The position numbers and the translations under genes are program-made. A stretch of DNA of 64,000 nucleotides from a virus. The notes under the pieces are model-generated. The model did no database searches, had not been told where the DNA came from, and saw only the letters and a program-made list of their open reading frames with translations. Every line of letters begins with the position of its first letter. The first letter of the stretch is position 1. The DNA is taken from positions 10,741 through 74,740 of IMG/VR virus record IMGVR_UViG_3300049460_000157; one strand, given 5' to 3'. Of this stretch, positions 17,545 to 25,886 are shown one piece after another.

Positions 17545-17866
17545 ACTGATGGTCGTCAACAAACACCACGGACAGTGGCCGAATCGACGCTATGTCTACA
17601 TCGGTCGACCGTCACCGTTAGGCAACCCACATGCAATGGGTGGTGAGAGAACACGGGAAGAGGTCATCTATCTCTTCAAGGAAGACCTGCAGAAGAAGCT
17701 CGAAGCAGGTGATGAGGCTGTCATCAATGAACTGGAGCGCATTGGAGCAATGGTCATGGACAACTCAGGTGAGCCTGTGTGTCTGGTGTGCTTCTGTGCA
17801 CCGAAAGCCTGTCACGGTGATGTGATCAAGAAGGTCATCGAAGAAGCCATCAAGGAGATCGCGTGA
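17534..17866 (+). CDS. DUF4326-family protein
   Basis: VVNK...YVYIGRPSPLGNP...LVCFCAPKACHGDVI signature. Confidence 0.85.
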   Translation: MPNELMVVNKHHGQWPNRRYVYIGRPSPLGNPHAMGGERTREEVIYLFKEDLQKKLEAGDEAVINELERIGAMVMDNSGEPVCLVCFCAPKACHGDVIKKVIEEAIKEIA

Positions 17867-18252
17867 ACAACAAACCCATTTTCGTCTTCGGATCCAACGA
17901 GGCAGGCATCCACGGTGCCGGCGCAGCCAAGACCGCATACCAGAAACACGGTGCACGCTGGAACATGGGCTACGGCCACTATGGCGACTCGTTCGCCATT
18001 CCCACCAAGGACTGCCACATCAAGACGTTGCCGCTCGAGCGGGTGCGCGATTACGTGACAGGCTTCCTTGCCTATGCACGCGGCAACCTCGATCGCCAGT
18101 TCCAGGTAACACGAATCGGTTGTGGCCTGGCCGGCTACCACGATGTCGACATTGCCCAGCTCTTCAAGCATGCACCGGAGAACTGCCACTTCGACGATCT
18201 CTGGAAGCCGTACCTACCGGATCAGATGAACTTCTGGGGAACATTCGCATGA
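17863..18252 (+). CDS. conserved phage protein with IFVFGSN..G.HG.GAA motif (macro-domain-like)
   Basis: IFVFGSNEAGIHGAGAA, SFAIPTK, FQVTRIGCGLAG motifs. Confidence 0.75.
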   Translation: MNNKPIFVFGSNEAGIHGAGAAKTAYQKHGARWNMGYGHYGDSFAIPTKDCHIKTLPLERVRDYVTGFLAYARGNLDRQFQVTRIGCGLAGYHDVDIAQLFKHAPENCHFDDLWKPYLPDQMNFWGTFA

Positions 18253-18437
18253 GCAACGCAGCCATCAAAGAGGACTTCATCCTCGAATCGGCCTATGGCC
18301 ACAAGATCATGAGCTTCCCGACTGCGGAGAAAGCTCGTGAGTGGGCCGAACAGCGCCGTGAGACAGCCAAGGGTGTCATCCCGGCTGTGCGTCTGGTCAA
18401 GAAAACCGTCATCGAAGAGGAAATGGGCCATGTCTGA
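18249..18437 (+). CDS. hypothetical protein
   Basis: 62 aa from MSNAAIKE; overlaps its neighbours. Confidence 0.55.
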   Translation: MSNAAIKEDFILESAYGHKIMSFPTAEKAREWAEQRRETAKGVIPAVRLVKKTVIEEEMGHV

Positions 18438-19260
18438 TTCCGGCATTCAAGCAAAGCGTGCTGCACACCAGATCGAACTCGAGCGGCTCTTCAGCAAGAA
18501 CCAGCTCATGCAGCGGATCCGGGCCGAATTCAGCGAGTGTGCTGCGTTCGACTTCAAGGTTTATCTGAAGGAGCAGGACATCCCCGAAGACTTCGGCATC
18601 GAGCTGCTCGCCCAGATGGCGCTGCACAAGCGTGCTGACCTGCCGACCATGGTTGGCTGTCTGCGCCACCTGTGCGCCACCTCACAGGAATGTGCTGACC
18701 TGCTGCTCAAGTGTGCGATGGCGGATCTGATGGACTGGTCCCCTACCCTGCGCATCTTCGTGGTCAAATTCACGATCAGTGCTGATGTGCAGACTGACAT
18801 CGACCGGTTCCAGTATCCGCTGCCGATGGTCGTCGAGCCCAAGGAAGTGAAGTCCAACAAGCAGTCAGGCTACTTCCTGAACAACAACAGCATCATCCTG
18901 AAGAACAACCACCATGACGATGATGTGTGTCTCGACCACATCAACCGCATGAACCGTGTGAAGTTCAAAGTCAACTTCGACACGGCCAGCATGATCAAGA
19001 ACCAGTGGAGGAACCTTGACAAGCCCAAGGATGGAGAAACAACAGCGGACTTCGAACGGCGAGTACGCGCTTTCAACAAATACGACAAGACTGCTCATGA
19101 TGTCATCGGCGTACTTATTCAGCACGGAAACGAGTTCCACAGTACCCACAGGTACTGCAAACGTGGCCGGACCTATTGCCAGGGATATCACGTCAACTAC
19201 CAGGGAACAGCCTGGAACAAAGCCGTGATCGAGTTCGCGGCCGGCGAGGTGACGAGGTGA
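18430..19260 (+). CDS. RNA polymerase II subunit 1 (N4 gp15-like)
   Basis: QIELERLFSKNQ, QMALHKRA, FQYPLPMVVEP, DVCLDHIN, KRGRTYCQGYHVNYQG motifs. Confidence 0.92.
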   Translation: MSDSGIQAKRAAHQIELERLFSKNQLMQRIRAEFSECAAFDFKVYLKEQDIPEDFGIELLAQMALHKRADLPTMVGCLRHLCATSQECADLLLKCAMADLMDWSPTLRIFVVKFTISADVQTDIDRFQYPLPMVVEPKEVKSNKQSGYFLNNNSIILKNNHHDDDVCLDHINRMNRVKFKVNFDTASMIKNQWRNLDKPKDGETTADFERRVRAFNKYDKTAHDVIGVLIQHGNEFHSTHRYCKRGRTYCQGYHVNYQGTAWNKAVIEFAAGEVTR

Positions 19261-19421
19261 ACGAGCCCAAACAACATACCTGGGTGCAGGGCAAGGATCT
19301 CGGTTTCAAGGAAACAAGTCATTTGCACAATGCGCTAGTCTGCAAAGAATGTGGCGTGCTACGCCGTCCTGATGGTGGCAACGGCCAGTGTCGTGGCCCC
19401 ATCAAGGTAGGCCTGCGATGA
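19257..19421 (+). CDS. small Cys/His protein
   Basis: GTG start overlapping the RNAP1 stop; HTW...CKECG...C motif. Confidence 0.5.
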   Translation: MNEPKQHTWVQGKDLGFKETSHLHNALVCKECGVLRRPDGGNGQCRGPIKVGLR

Positions 19422-19594
19422 CTGTCGACCAGGTAACCAGGAAACTGAAGGAGATCAGCCTTCGGGGCCACGGCCGCAAGCAGCTGATCCTCACCGACTG
19501 GAACTCGACCAGTGAGATCACCAGCATCCAGATGATTCAGGATGGCAAGTTGAGGGTCATCGTCGAGTTTGAATATGGAGATCTCAATGAATGA
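19418..19594 (+). CDS. small hypothetical protein
   Basis: MTVDQVTRKL, ATGA overlap with the upstream gene. Confidence 0.5.
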   Translation: MTVDQVTRKLKEISLRGHGRKQLILTDWNSTSEITSIQMIQDGKLRVIVEFEYGDLNE

Positions 19595-19784
19595 ACGAGC
19601 AAAGCGTCTAGGTGAAGCCATCCGGCGATTCGAGCAGGCTGTGCGTGCCGACGAGATGCGAGGTGCGCAACGTCCGGAGGACCAGGAAGATATCAAGCGT
19701 GAGTACCGGGAAGCACTAAGCCATCTGGCGAATGTGATTACCGAGCCAACTTACCAAGGAACCAAGGAAGGAAGTAACCAATGA
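19587..19784 (+). CDS. small hypothetical protein
   Basis: MNERAKRL with GGAGA RBS; 3' end carries a periodic tract. Confidence 0.55.
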   Translation: MNERAKRLGEAIRRFEQAVRADEMRGAQRPEDQEDIKREYREALSHLANVITEPTYQGTKEGSNQ

Positions 19785-19969
19785 GCGAAGCCCGTGAAGT
19801 CGCCGTGACCCTGCTACCCTGGTACAGAGCAATCCTCGGCTCAACGAAGTCGGCCAGCACAGTAAGCAAGGCCATGCGATACATCCGTGAGCGCATGCGC
19901 AATGAGACCGAGACGGTCATGGATAACGTTGCGTGGGAACTCCATCAACTCGCAAAAGGTGACGCATGA
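19781..19969 (+). CDS. small hypothetical protein
   Basis: 62 aa, ATGA overlap. Confidence 0.5.
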   Translation: MSEAREVAVTLLPWYRAILGSTKSASTVSKAMRYIRERMRNETETVMDNVAWELHQLAKGDA

Positions 19970-20069
19970 GCGGCCCGACACAGCCCTGCCCTATCCTCTG
20001 CACCTGCCGGCCCACCCGTGGTCTGGCCTGCCACATTCATTGGGGCACTCGCCCCTATGATCCGCTGAA

Positions 20070-20186
20070 CGAAACGGCAAGGAAGACTCCTTCCAATCAA
20101 CCAAGCAGTCCACCTTCCAAGTAACCAAGAAACGAGGGAGCCATCCCTCCTTCTATCCTTGGTTCCCTCCTTCACTCGCTCCTCTC
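20070..20186. repeat. centromere (parS)/operator-like tract with 4-bp periodicity upstream of parA
   Basis: aaCCaaGCagTCcaCCttCCaaGTaaCCaaGAaaCGagGGagCCatCCctCCttCTatCCttGGttCC: weak-weak/strong-strong dinucleotide alternation over about 110 bp. Confidence 0.65.
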
Positions 20187-20253
20187 TTTGAGACTTGCAT
20201 CCCTCCGGGATTGGTTTACCGTATACGGTTGAACCAACCACTCCGGAGTTCAC

Positions 20254-20898
20254 ATGAAAACAATCGTCTTCTCCTGCCTGAAGGGCGGGAGTGGCAAGAC
20301 CACGCATTCCGCACATCTGGCCGTCGCTCTTGAGGCGATGGGCAAGGGTCCGGTCGTCACCATGGACCTGGATCCGCAAGGCTCCTTCAGTGACTGGTGG
20401 AACGATCGCAAAGCCGACACACCGGTCTTCGCCATGGTCGAGGACATCAAGGCATTCCCGAAGAAACATGCAGCGCTGGTCGAGGCGGGGTTCGAGTATT
20501 GCGTGGTCGACACGCCGCCGCAGAATGCGGCCATCAACGAGGCTGCTGTCGAGGCCGCCGACCTGGTGATCATCCCGGTCAAGCACTCCCCTCACGACAT
20601 CCGGGCAGCGGTTACCACGGTTCAGCTCTGTGAGCGACTGAAGAAGAAGTTCTTCTTTCTGCTCAATGAGACCAACGGCAAGGGTGTGACGCTGGACGCC
20701 ACACGTAACCTCGCCGCCATGGGACCGGTGATCCCGCATGCGGTGCCCAAGCTCAATGGCTACTGGCAGTCGATGATCGACGGCCGCACGTTCAGGGAGA
20801 TGAACAAGGGCACCGGCGCCATCGTCGTGGAGCAGGTCGCCCAGTTTATCGTGGGCCAGTTCGAGAAGCCCGTAAAGAAGGAGAAAGCCTATGTCTAG
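20254..20898 (+). CDS. parA: ParA partition ATPase (short type Ib / ParF-like)
   Basis: Deviant Walker A KGGSGKTT, DLDPQGS, Walker B VVDTPP, ADLVIIPV; 214 aa with no N-terminal HTH. Confidence 0.93.
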   Translation: MKTIVFSCLKGGSGKTTHSAHLAVALEAMGKGPVVTMDLDPQGSFSDWWNDRKADTPVFAMVEDIKAFPKKHAALVEAGFEYCVVDTPPQNAAINEAAVEAADLVIIPVKHSPHDIRAAVTTVQLCERLKKKFFFLLNETNGKGVTLDATRNLAAMGPVIPHAVPKLNGYWQSMIDGRTFREMNKGTGAIVVEQVAQFIVGQFEKPVKKEKAYV

Positions 20899-21067
20899 GA
20901 CGCAAAGCGCAGAAATGGCACTCAATCCACAGCGCTGGACATCTGCCAGCACTAGCCCGGCAGAAAATGGCGGCTTTGTTGCCTACGGTGACTACCTCAC
21001 CCTGCGTCGCATGTACGAGGATGTGAAGGCTGAGCTCGATGTCTTGAAGGAGAAGGACCATGTCTAG
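20891..21067 (+). CDS. 58-aa ORF inserted between parA and its partner (not in ORF track)
   Basis: MSRTQSAEMALNPQRW...GGFVAYGDYLTL...KEKDHV; AAGGAG RBS; overlaps the parA stop and the partner start. Confidence 0.6.
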   Translation: MSRTQSAEMALNPQRWTSASTSPAENGGFVAYGDYLTLRRMYEDVKAELDVLKEKDHV

Positions 21068-21392
21068 GCCATCACTGGATGCGGTCATCACACGCAAGGG
21101 AGCAGCAGCGCCAGCCAGCCTTGAGGCCAAGGAACCAAGTAAGGAAGCAACCGGGGAGGTATCCAAGGAGACTTCTAACCAAGGAGCCAAGGAAGAAAGG
21201 AAGCGTGCCTGGCATCAGCCGGGGCAGGAAGAGTGGAAGAAGACCAACTACGAGATGCCGTTGCGGGTGCAGACCAAGCTCAAGGAAATGAAGAACTGGG
21301 GATACATCCCGAATGTGTACAAGTTCGTGGCCGAAGCCGTCGAGAAGGAGATCGACAAGGTCATCGCCAAGGCCGAGAAGGAGGGCTTCTGA
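21060..21392 (+). CDS. putative centromere-binding partner (ParG/ParB-like, ribbon-helix-helix)
   Basis: 110 aa, low-complexity N-tail plus C-terminal KKTNYEMP.RVQTKLKEM...FVAEAVEKEI strand-helix-helix pattern; downstream of parA. Confidence 0.7.
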   Translation: MSRPSLDAVITRKGAAAPASLEAKEPSKEATGEVSKETSNQGAKEERKRAWHQPGQEEWKKTNYEMPLRVQTKLKEMKNWGYIPNVYKFVAEAVEKEIDKVIAKAEKEGF

Positions 21393-21982
21393 TGACTGCC
21401 GTGAGTGAGGAAGAGGAACAGCAGTTTGAGCTGTTTCAGGCCGAGACGACCTGGTTCCATATCTTCAGATCCATGATGGACAGTGGCGACGCAGCCAGGA
21501 TGGGCGGCAACGCCTTCATGATCTACTGCATCATCAAGGGCCACACGAACTTCAGGACGGGCAGGGCATTCCCCTCGATCGATACCATCATCGAGAAGTC
21601 CGGCCTGTCCAAGTCTCAGGTGCTGCGCGAGCTGTCCACCCTGGAGGACATGGGCTACATCACCCGAGCCAGGGAAGGGCGCAAGAACGTCTACACGCTC
21701 AGGGAGAAGATCGGCATCAGCGATGACAAGGGCCGGCCCATAGCGGACGCTACGTGGGATTACGTGCCCGATGGCGTGAGGACCGCGGTAGCGGAGCTCA
21801 AGCACGTCATGATGACCGGCGACTTCAAAGGCGCCAAGATCATCAACATCGAGAACATGACGGTGCACTTCAACCAGGCCAACGACAGCTCGGTGCAGAT
21901 CAACATCCAGCACCTGGTCGACAATATGGATAAGCTCACACCGGAGTTGAAGGAGATTCTTCTGAGGAATCTCACGAAATAG
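21392..21982 (+). CDS. plasmid-type replication initiator (winged HTH)
   Basis: 196 aa from MTAVSEEE (TGATG coupling); AFPSIDTIIEKSGLSKSQVLRELSTLEDMGYI...NVYTL wHTH; immediately followed by iterons and DnaA boxes. Confidence 0.75.
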   Translation: MTAVSEEEEQQFELFQAETTWFHIFRSMMDSGDAARMGGNAFMIYCIIKGHTNFRTGRAFPSIDTIIEKSGLSKSQVLRELSTLEDMGYITRAREGRKNVYTLREKIGISDDKGRPIADATWDYVPDGVRTAVAELKHVMMTGDFKGAKIINIENMTVHFNQANDSSVQINIQHLVDNMDKLTPELKEILLRNLTK

Positions 21983-22180
21983 GTGTCATCCATGGCACCA
22001 ATTCAATAGGTGTCACCGGTGACACGTATCAACCGTGCGTTGTGTCCCCCATTTATAGGTGTCATCCGTGACACCCTTTACCGGGGAATAGGTGCCACCC
22101 ATGACACCCTAACGAGAAGAGATTTTAAGTTAACAATACATAAAGTTATCCACAGATTAAGTGGACTACCATGTGGATAA
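21978..22180. other. plasmid-like replication origin: 4 iterons, AT-rich segment, 2 DnaA boxes
   Basis: wATAGGTGYCAnnnnTGRCACs at 21978, 22005, 22054 and 22087; AT-rich 22120-22146; TTATCCACA 22146-22154 and TGTGGATAA 22172-22180. Confidence 0.85.
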
Positions 22181-22192
22181 CCAGGAGCGATC

Positions 22193-22441
22193 ATGAGCGA
22201 TCCGCAGGAACCGAAGAACCTTGTGCTTGAGCGACTCAACCAGGTCATGGCTGAAGTCCAGGCCATGCGTGCCGAGAACAAACAGATGCATGAGAACCTG
22301 CACGACGACATGCGGCAGATCAAGGCCCGCATGACCGCGCTCGAAAAACAGATGGCGATCACCAATGAATCGGTGGTGGCCCAGTGGGACACGTTCGACA
22401 AGCACGAGAATCGACTACGCAGTCTCGAGACACAAAGCTGA
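22193..22441 (+). CDS. small coiled-coil protein
   Basis: 82 aa heptad pattern, AGGAG RBS, between ori and terminator. Confidence 0.65.
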   Translation: MSDPQEPKNLVLERLNQVMAEVQAMRAENKQMHENLHDDMRQIKARMTALEKQMAITNESVVAQWDTFDKHENRLRSLETQS

Positions 22442-22465
22442 TCCGTCAGCCACCGCAGTACACCG

Positions 22466-22491
22466 AAAGCCGCCTTCCAGGTGGCTTTTTT
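22466..22491 (+). terminator. Rho-independent terminator closing the par/rep cassette
   Basis: AAAGCCGCCT-TCC-AGGTGGCTTT plus T-run. Confidence 0.8.
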
Positions 22492-22522
22492 CATTTCAGA
22501 ACTGAATTTCAAGGAGCCCATC

Positions 22523-23716
22523 ATGCAGAAATTCACCGGTATGCAGTACCTCCAGATCGACATCGCTTCCAACTACGGGCTGGACAAGAAGACCTGGGAC
22601 GAGCGTCTTGCCTGGTTCAAGGCCCATGAGGACTGCCTCATGGAGATGCTGGCGACCGCCGAGACGCCGGCGCTGTACTACGCAGGTGTCAAGGCCTACG
22701 AGGCAGCACTGGCAGGGCAGGCGAGTGGCTATCCGGTCTCGCTCGATGCCACGGCATCTGGCCTGCAGATCCTCGCAGCACTCACCGGCGACCGGTCGGC
22801 CGCGGAGCTGTGCAACGTGGTCAGCACCGGCTACCGTGCAGACGCCTACACCGGCGTCTACGACCGGATGCTGGTCAAGATCGGGGAGGAGGGCAAGATC
22901 AAGCGTACGGACGTGAAGCAGGCCGTGATGACGGCGCTGTACGGCTCCAAGGCTGTGCCGAAGGAGGTATTCGGTGAAGGCGTCCTTCTGGCTATGTTTT
23001 ACGACACCATGCAGGAGGTCGCACCGGCCGCCTGGGAGCTCAACGAGGCGTTCCTCGACATGTGGAACCCGGAGGCGCTCTGCAACAGCTGGGTGCTGCC
23101 GGATAACTTCCACGTCCACGTCAAGGTCATGAGCCAGGTGAAAGAGACAGTGCACTTCCTGAACGAGCCGTTCGACACGTTCCGCACGGTCAACGCACCG
23201 GTCGATGAAGGCCGGTCACTGGGTGCCAACACCATCCACTCACTGGACGGCATGATCGTGCGCGAGATGAACCGCCGCTGCAACTACGACCGCAACGTGG
23301 TCGACCGCGTCTACGCAGCGCTCGACGGCGAGGGCAACGCTGGCCTGGACGAAGACGATGCCATGGTGATGACGCTGTGGGCGCACTACAAGGAGTCGGG
23401 CTACCTGTCAGCCCGCATCCTCGATCACCTGTTTCACGACAACATCGATTTGGTTGACATCGCAACGATCCGTGAACTGCTGAATAGTCTCCCGCAGACA
23501 CCTTTCCAGATCATGACCATCCATGACTGTTTCCGCTGTCTGCCGAACTATGGCAATGATCTGCGTGAACAGTACAACCTTCAGTTGCAACTCATTGCGA
23601 AGTCTGACCTGCTTCAGTTCCTGATCCGTCAGCTGCTGCAGCGTCAGGTCAACATCAGCAAGCTCGATCCCGACCTGTGGAAGGACATTGATCAGGCCGA
23701 GTACGCACTTAGTTAA
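22523..23716 (+). CDS. RNA polymerase II subunit 2 (N4 gp16-like)
   Basis: T7-type motifs LDATASGLQ (A), R.DVKQAVMTALYGS (B), ANTIHSLDG, IHDCF (C). Confidence 0.95.
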   Translation: MQKFTGMQYLQIDIASNYGLDKKTWDERLAWFKAHEDCLMEMLATAETPALYYAGVKAYEAALAGQASGYPVSLDATASGLQILAALTGDRSAAELCNVVSTGYRADAYTGVYDRMLVKIGEEGKIKRTDVKQAVMTALYGSKAVPKEVFGEGVLLAMFYDTMQEVAPAAWELNEAFLDMWNPEALCNSWVLPDNFHVHVKVMSQVKETVHFLNEPFDTFRTVNAPVDEGRSLGANTIHSLDGMIVREMNRRCNYDRNVVDRVYAALDGEGNAGLDEDDAMVMTLWAHYKESGYLSARILDHLFHDNIDLVDIATIRELLNSLPQTPFQIMTIHDCFRCLPNYGNDLREQYNLQLQLIAKSDLLQFLIRQLLQRQVNISKLDPDLWKDIDQAEYALS

Positions 23717-23733
23717 ATATTGAGCGTAAACTT

Positions 23734-23769
23734 TTGGCTGCTCCCAGGTGGGAGTGGCCAATTGTTTTC
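23734..23769 (+). terminator. terminator after RNAP2
   Basis: TTGGCTGCTCCC / GGGAGTGGCCAA stem plus TTGTTTT. Confidence 0.6.
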
Positions 23770-23788
23770 ATTCAAGAGGGATAGATAG

Positions 23789-24232
23789 ATGGCACTGTTC
23801 AACATTTTCTGGCACCACGGCACCGACAAGGTAATCGTCCAACCAGCCGAAGCCGCGCCCCCGGCTGATTCGGACCATATCGGGGAGTACCAGCACCCGG
23901 ATGGAAAAGATGTACGTGAGGCGCATCTTGGCCGGACACTCTTTCACATCGTCTGTGATCTGCTGAACAGACGTGGCCCTGTGAATATGCAGAGTGTGAA
24001 ACTGACAGTTAACGACGAAATCGTTGACGAATCATCTACAGCCGCAACAGTAAACACAGCCGAACTGAAAGACTCAGTGAAAGCTGAAAGTGCTGTTACG
24101 GGTGTTGAGCATGCTCAGAGTTCCACTCAAGTTATGTCGAATATTGACGGCGCGGAGACTGCCGAAATTACCGATACGGCTGCTGTAACCAGTGTTACGT
24201 CTGAAGAAACGGGGGTAGCAGTGTCCACCTAA
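23789..24232 (+). CDS. capsid decoration protein-like (N4 gp17 N-domain) with Ser/Thr/Ala/Glu-rich tail
   Basis: IG.YQHP...FH.V.DLL..RG.VNMQ.V motif, position right after RNAP2; no recognisable Ig repeats. Confidence 0.5.
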   Translation: MALFNIFWHHGTDKVIVQPAEAAPPADSDHIGEYQHPDGKDVREAHLGRTLFHIVCDLLNRRGPVNMQSVKLTVNDEIVDESSTAATVNTAELKDSVKAESAVTGVEHAQSSTQVMSNIDGAETAEITDTAAVTSVTSEETGVAVST

Positions 24233-24262
24233 GTTACATCTAAAAATACTTGAAACAAATAC

Positions 24263-24291
24263 TTACCATTTAGTCAGGATTTCGCTAGAAT
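24263..24291 (+). promoter_or_regulatory. sigma70-like promoter
   Basis: TTACCA-17 nt-TAGAAT in AT-rich intergenic DNA. Confidence 0.5.
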
Positions 24292-24442
24292 TTCCGAACT
24301 GTGTGACGAATGTGTAAGAAATACCGATTGTCAATCGGTGTTTTGCTTGGTTCTGGGCTACCCGCCCAGCCAATGCTTCCGGCCCACCAAGCAGTGGGCC
24401 TTTTCTATTTTGGGACCGAGACGGTCTCAAGGAGCCAACGAA

Positions 24443-24763
24443 GTGCGCGTCAATCCTTTCACCGAAGCCCGTCCCTACCTCTGGAACGGAGAACAAATCG
24501 GTGGGTTGAAGGTAAAGGAGCGGTACCTGTGTCACGCACTCATGCGGGCACACGAAGAAGGCCACATCGACGAGCAGACCTATGGCGAGGCCAAGGTCAT
24601 GATCTACACCCGGCTGGGCGATGACTACCCCTCGGTTGAATCCTTCCTGTCCTGTTCGGCACACCTGCCGTTAGCACTCCTGACACATGAGAATGTCCAG
24701 GCGTATCGTTTTCTTTGGCTCGTGGAGCTTGAAAACAACTGGAACCAAGGACAGAGAACATGA
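24443..24763 (+). CDS. hypothetical protein
   Basis: GTG start with AAGGAG RBS; YLCHAL...I.TRLG...Q.YR..WL motif. Confidence 0.6.
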   Translation: MRVNPFTEARPYLWNGEQIGGLKVKERYLCHALMRAHEEGHIDEQTYGEAKVMIYTRLGDDYPSVESFLSCSAHLPLALLTHENVQAYRFLWLVELENNWNQGQRT

Positions 24764-25140
24764 AGGCATTCCTGATCGACCCGGTGGCCAAGACCATCAC
24801 GGAAGTGGAACACAAGACAGATGGCAAGGACGGCGGCCTGCGTGACATCTATACGCTACTCGGCTGCGACCTGATCGACATCGTCCGTATGCGCGATGGT
24901 GACGGCGCCTACGTCGATGACGAAGGCCTGCTCAAGAGCCCGAGCCCGGATAGCTTCTGGGCCATGCCTGAGCTCTATGGCGAAGTCGCTGCCTGGACAG
25001 GTAAAGGTCTGGTCCTTGGCTCCGATGCCAAGGGCGTCTCCACCGAACCGAAGATCACGCTCGACGAGCTGAAGCGCATCGTCGTCTTCCTGTCACCGGA
25101 TCAACTGCTGACCTACATCAGCGCAGGAGAAGATGAATGA
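24760..25140 (+). CDS. DUF3846-like protein
   Basis: MKAFLIDP..K.I.EV...LGC.LID...YVDDEGLLK...GKGLVLG pattern. Confidence 0.65.
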   Translation: MKAFLIDPVAKTITEVEHKTDGKDGGLRDIYTLLGCDLIDIVRMRDGDGAYVDDEGLLKSPSPDSFWAMPELYGEVAAWTGKGLVLGSDAKGVSTEPKITLDELKRIVVFLSPDQLLTYISAGEDE

Positions 25141-25886
25141 TTTTCCCGCAACAGGAACGCATCGTCCGGCAGCTCACGCACGTCATGCGCACGTTCGTCG
25201 AAAGCGAAGCTGCCATCCGGCCGCACTTTCATCTGACCGGGCCGAGCGGCTCGGGTAAGACCTTCCTGGTCAACGAAGCGGCCAGGGAGTTCAAGATTCC
25301 CTTCATGGAGGTCAACGCCGCAGGCCTGACCGCTGAAGGACTCTCCGGCAACTCGCTGTCCAAGGCATTGCGTAAGCTGCGCGAGCACTGGAACGAGCCG
25401 AACATCATCTTCGTCGACGAGTTCGATAAGTTGTTCCAGCGCAACGGTGAGACCACCGAAGGCTTCCGCTCGATGGTGCAGGACGAGTTCCTGACCGCGC
25501 TGGAATCGAAGTACATGTCGATCTTCACGGACTACGGCAAGTACGAGCCGATCCGTATCGACAACTCGCTGTTCATCTTCGCCGGCGCCTACAGCAACCA
25601 GAAGATCGACACGCCTCAGGCACTGAAGGACACGGGCATGCGCACCGAGTTCATCGGCCGGGTACCGCTCGTGTTCAGCACCGAGGCTGTGCCGCTCGAT
25701 GAGCTGAGCAAGTACATCACCAAGGTGAGCCTCTTCCAGGAATACAAGAAGCTCTACCCGAACACCCAGGAGAAGGTCGCAGCGAAGAACATCGTGGCCA
25801 TGCTCGAAGCCCAGCAGAAGGAAACGCCGATCGGCATCCGGTTGCTGAACAGCACCATTCACCAGTATTTCATGCGGGATATCTGA
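25137..25886 (+). CDS. AAA+ ATPase (ClpX/HslU-like ATPase module)
   Basis: GPSGSGKT Walker A, IFVDEFDK Walker B, VQDEFL, LFIFAGAY, EFIGRV. Confidence 0.85.
   Translation: MIFPQQERIVRQLTHVMRTFVESEAAIRPHFHLTGPSGSGKTFLVNEAAREFKIPFMEVNAAGLTAEGLSGNSLSKALRKLREHWNEPNIIFVDEFDKLFQRNGETTEGFRSMVQDEFLTALESKYMSIFTDYGKYEPIRIDNSLFIFAGAYSNQKIDTPQALKDTGMRTEFIGRVPLVFSTEAVPLDELSKYITKVSLFQEYKKLYPNTQEKVAAKNIVAMLEAQQKETPIGIRLLNSTIHQYFMRDI

Noticed and set aside
21978-22108. Possible mini CRISPR array
   Set aside because: Spacers are only 5-27 bp and irregular, there are no cas genes, and the context (Rep, DnaA boxes) fits iterons
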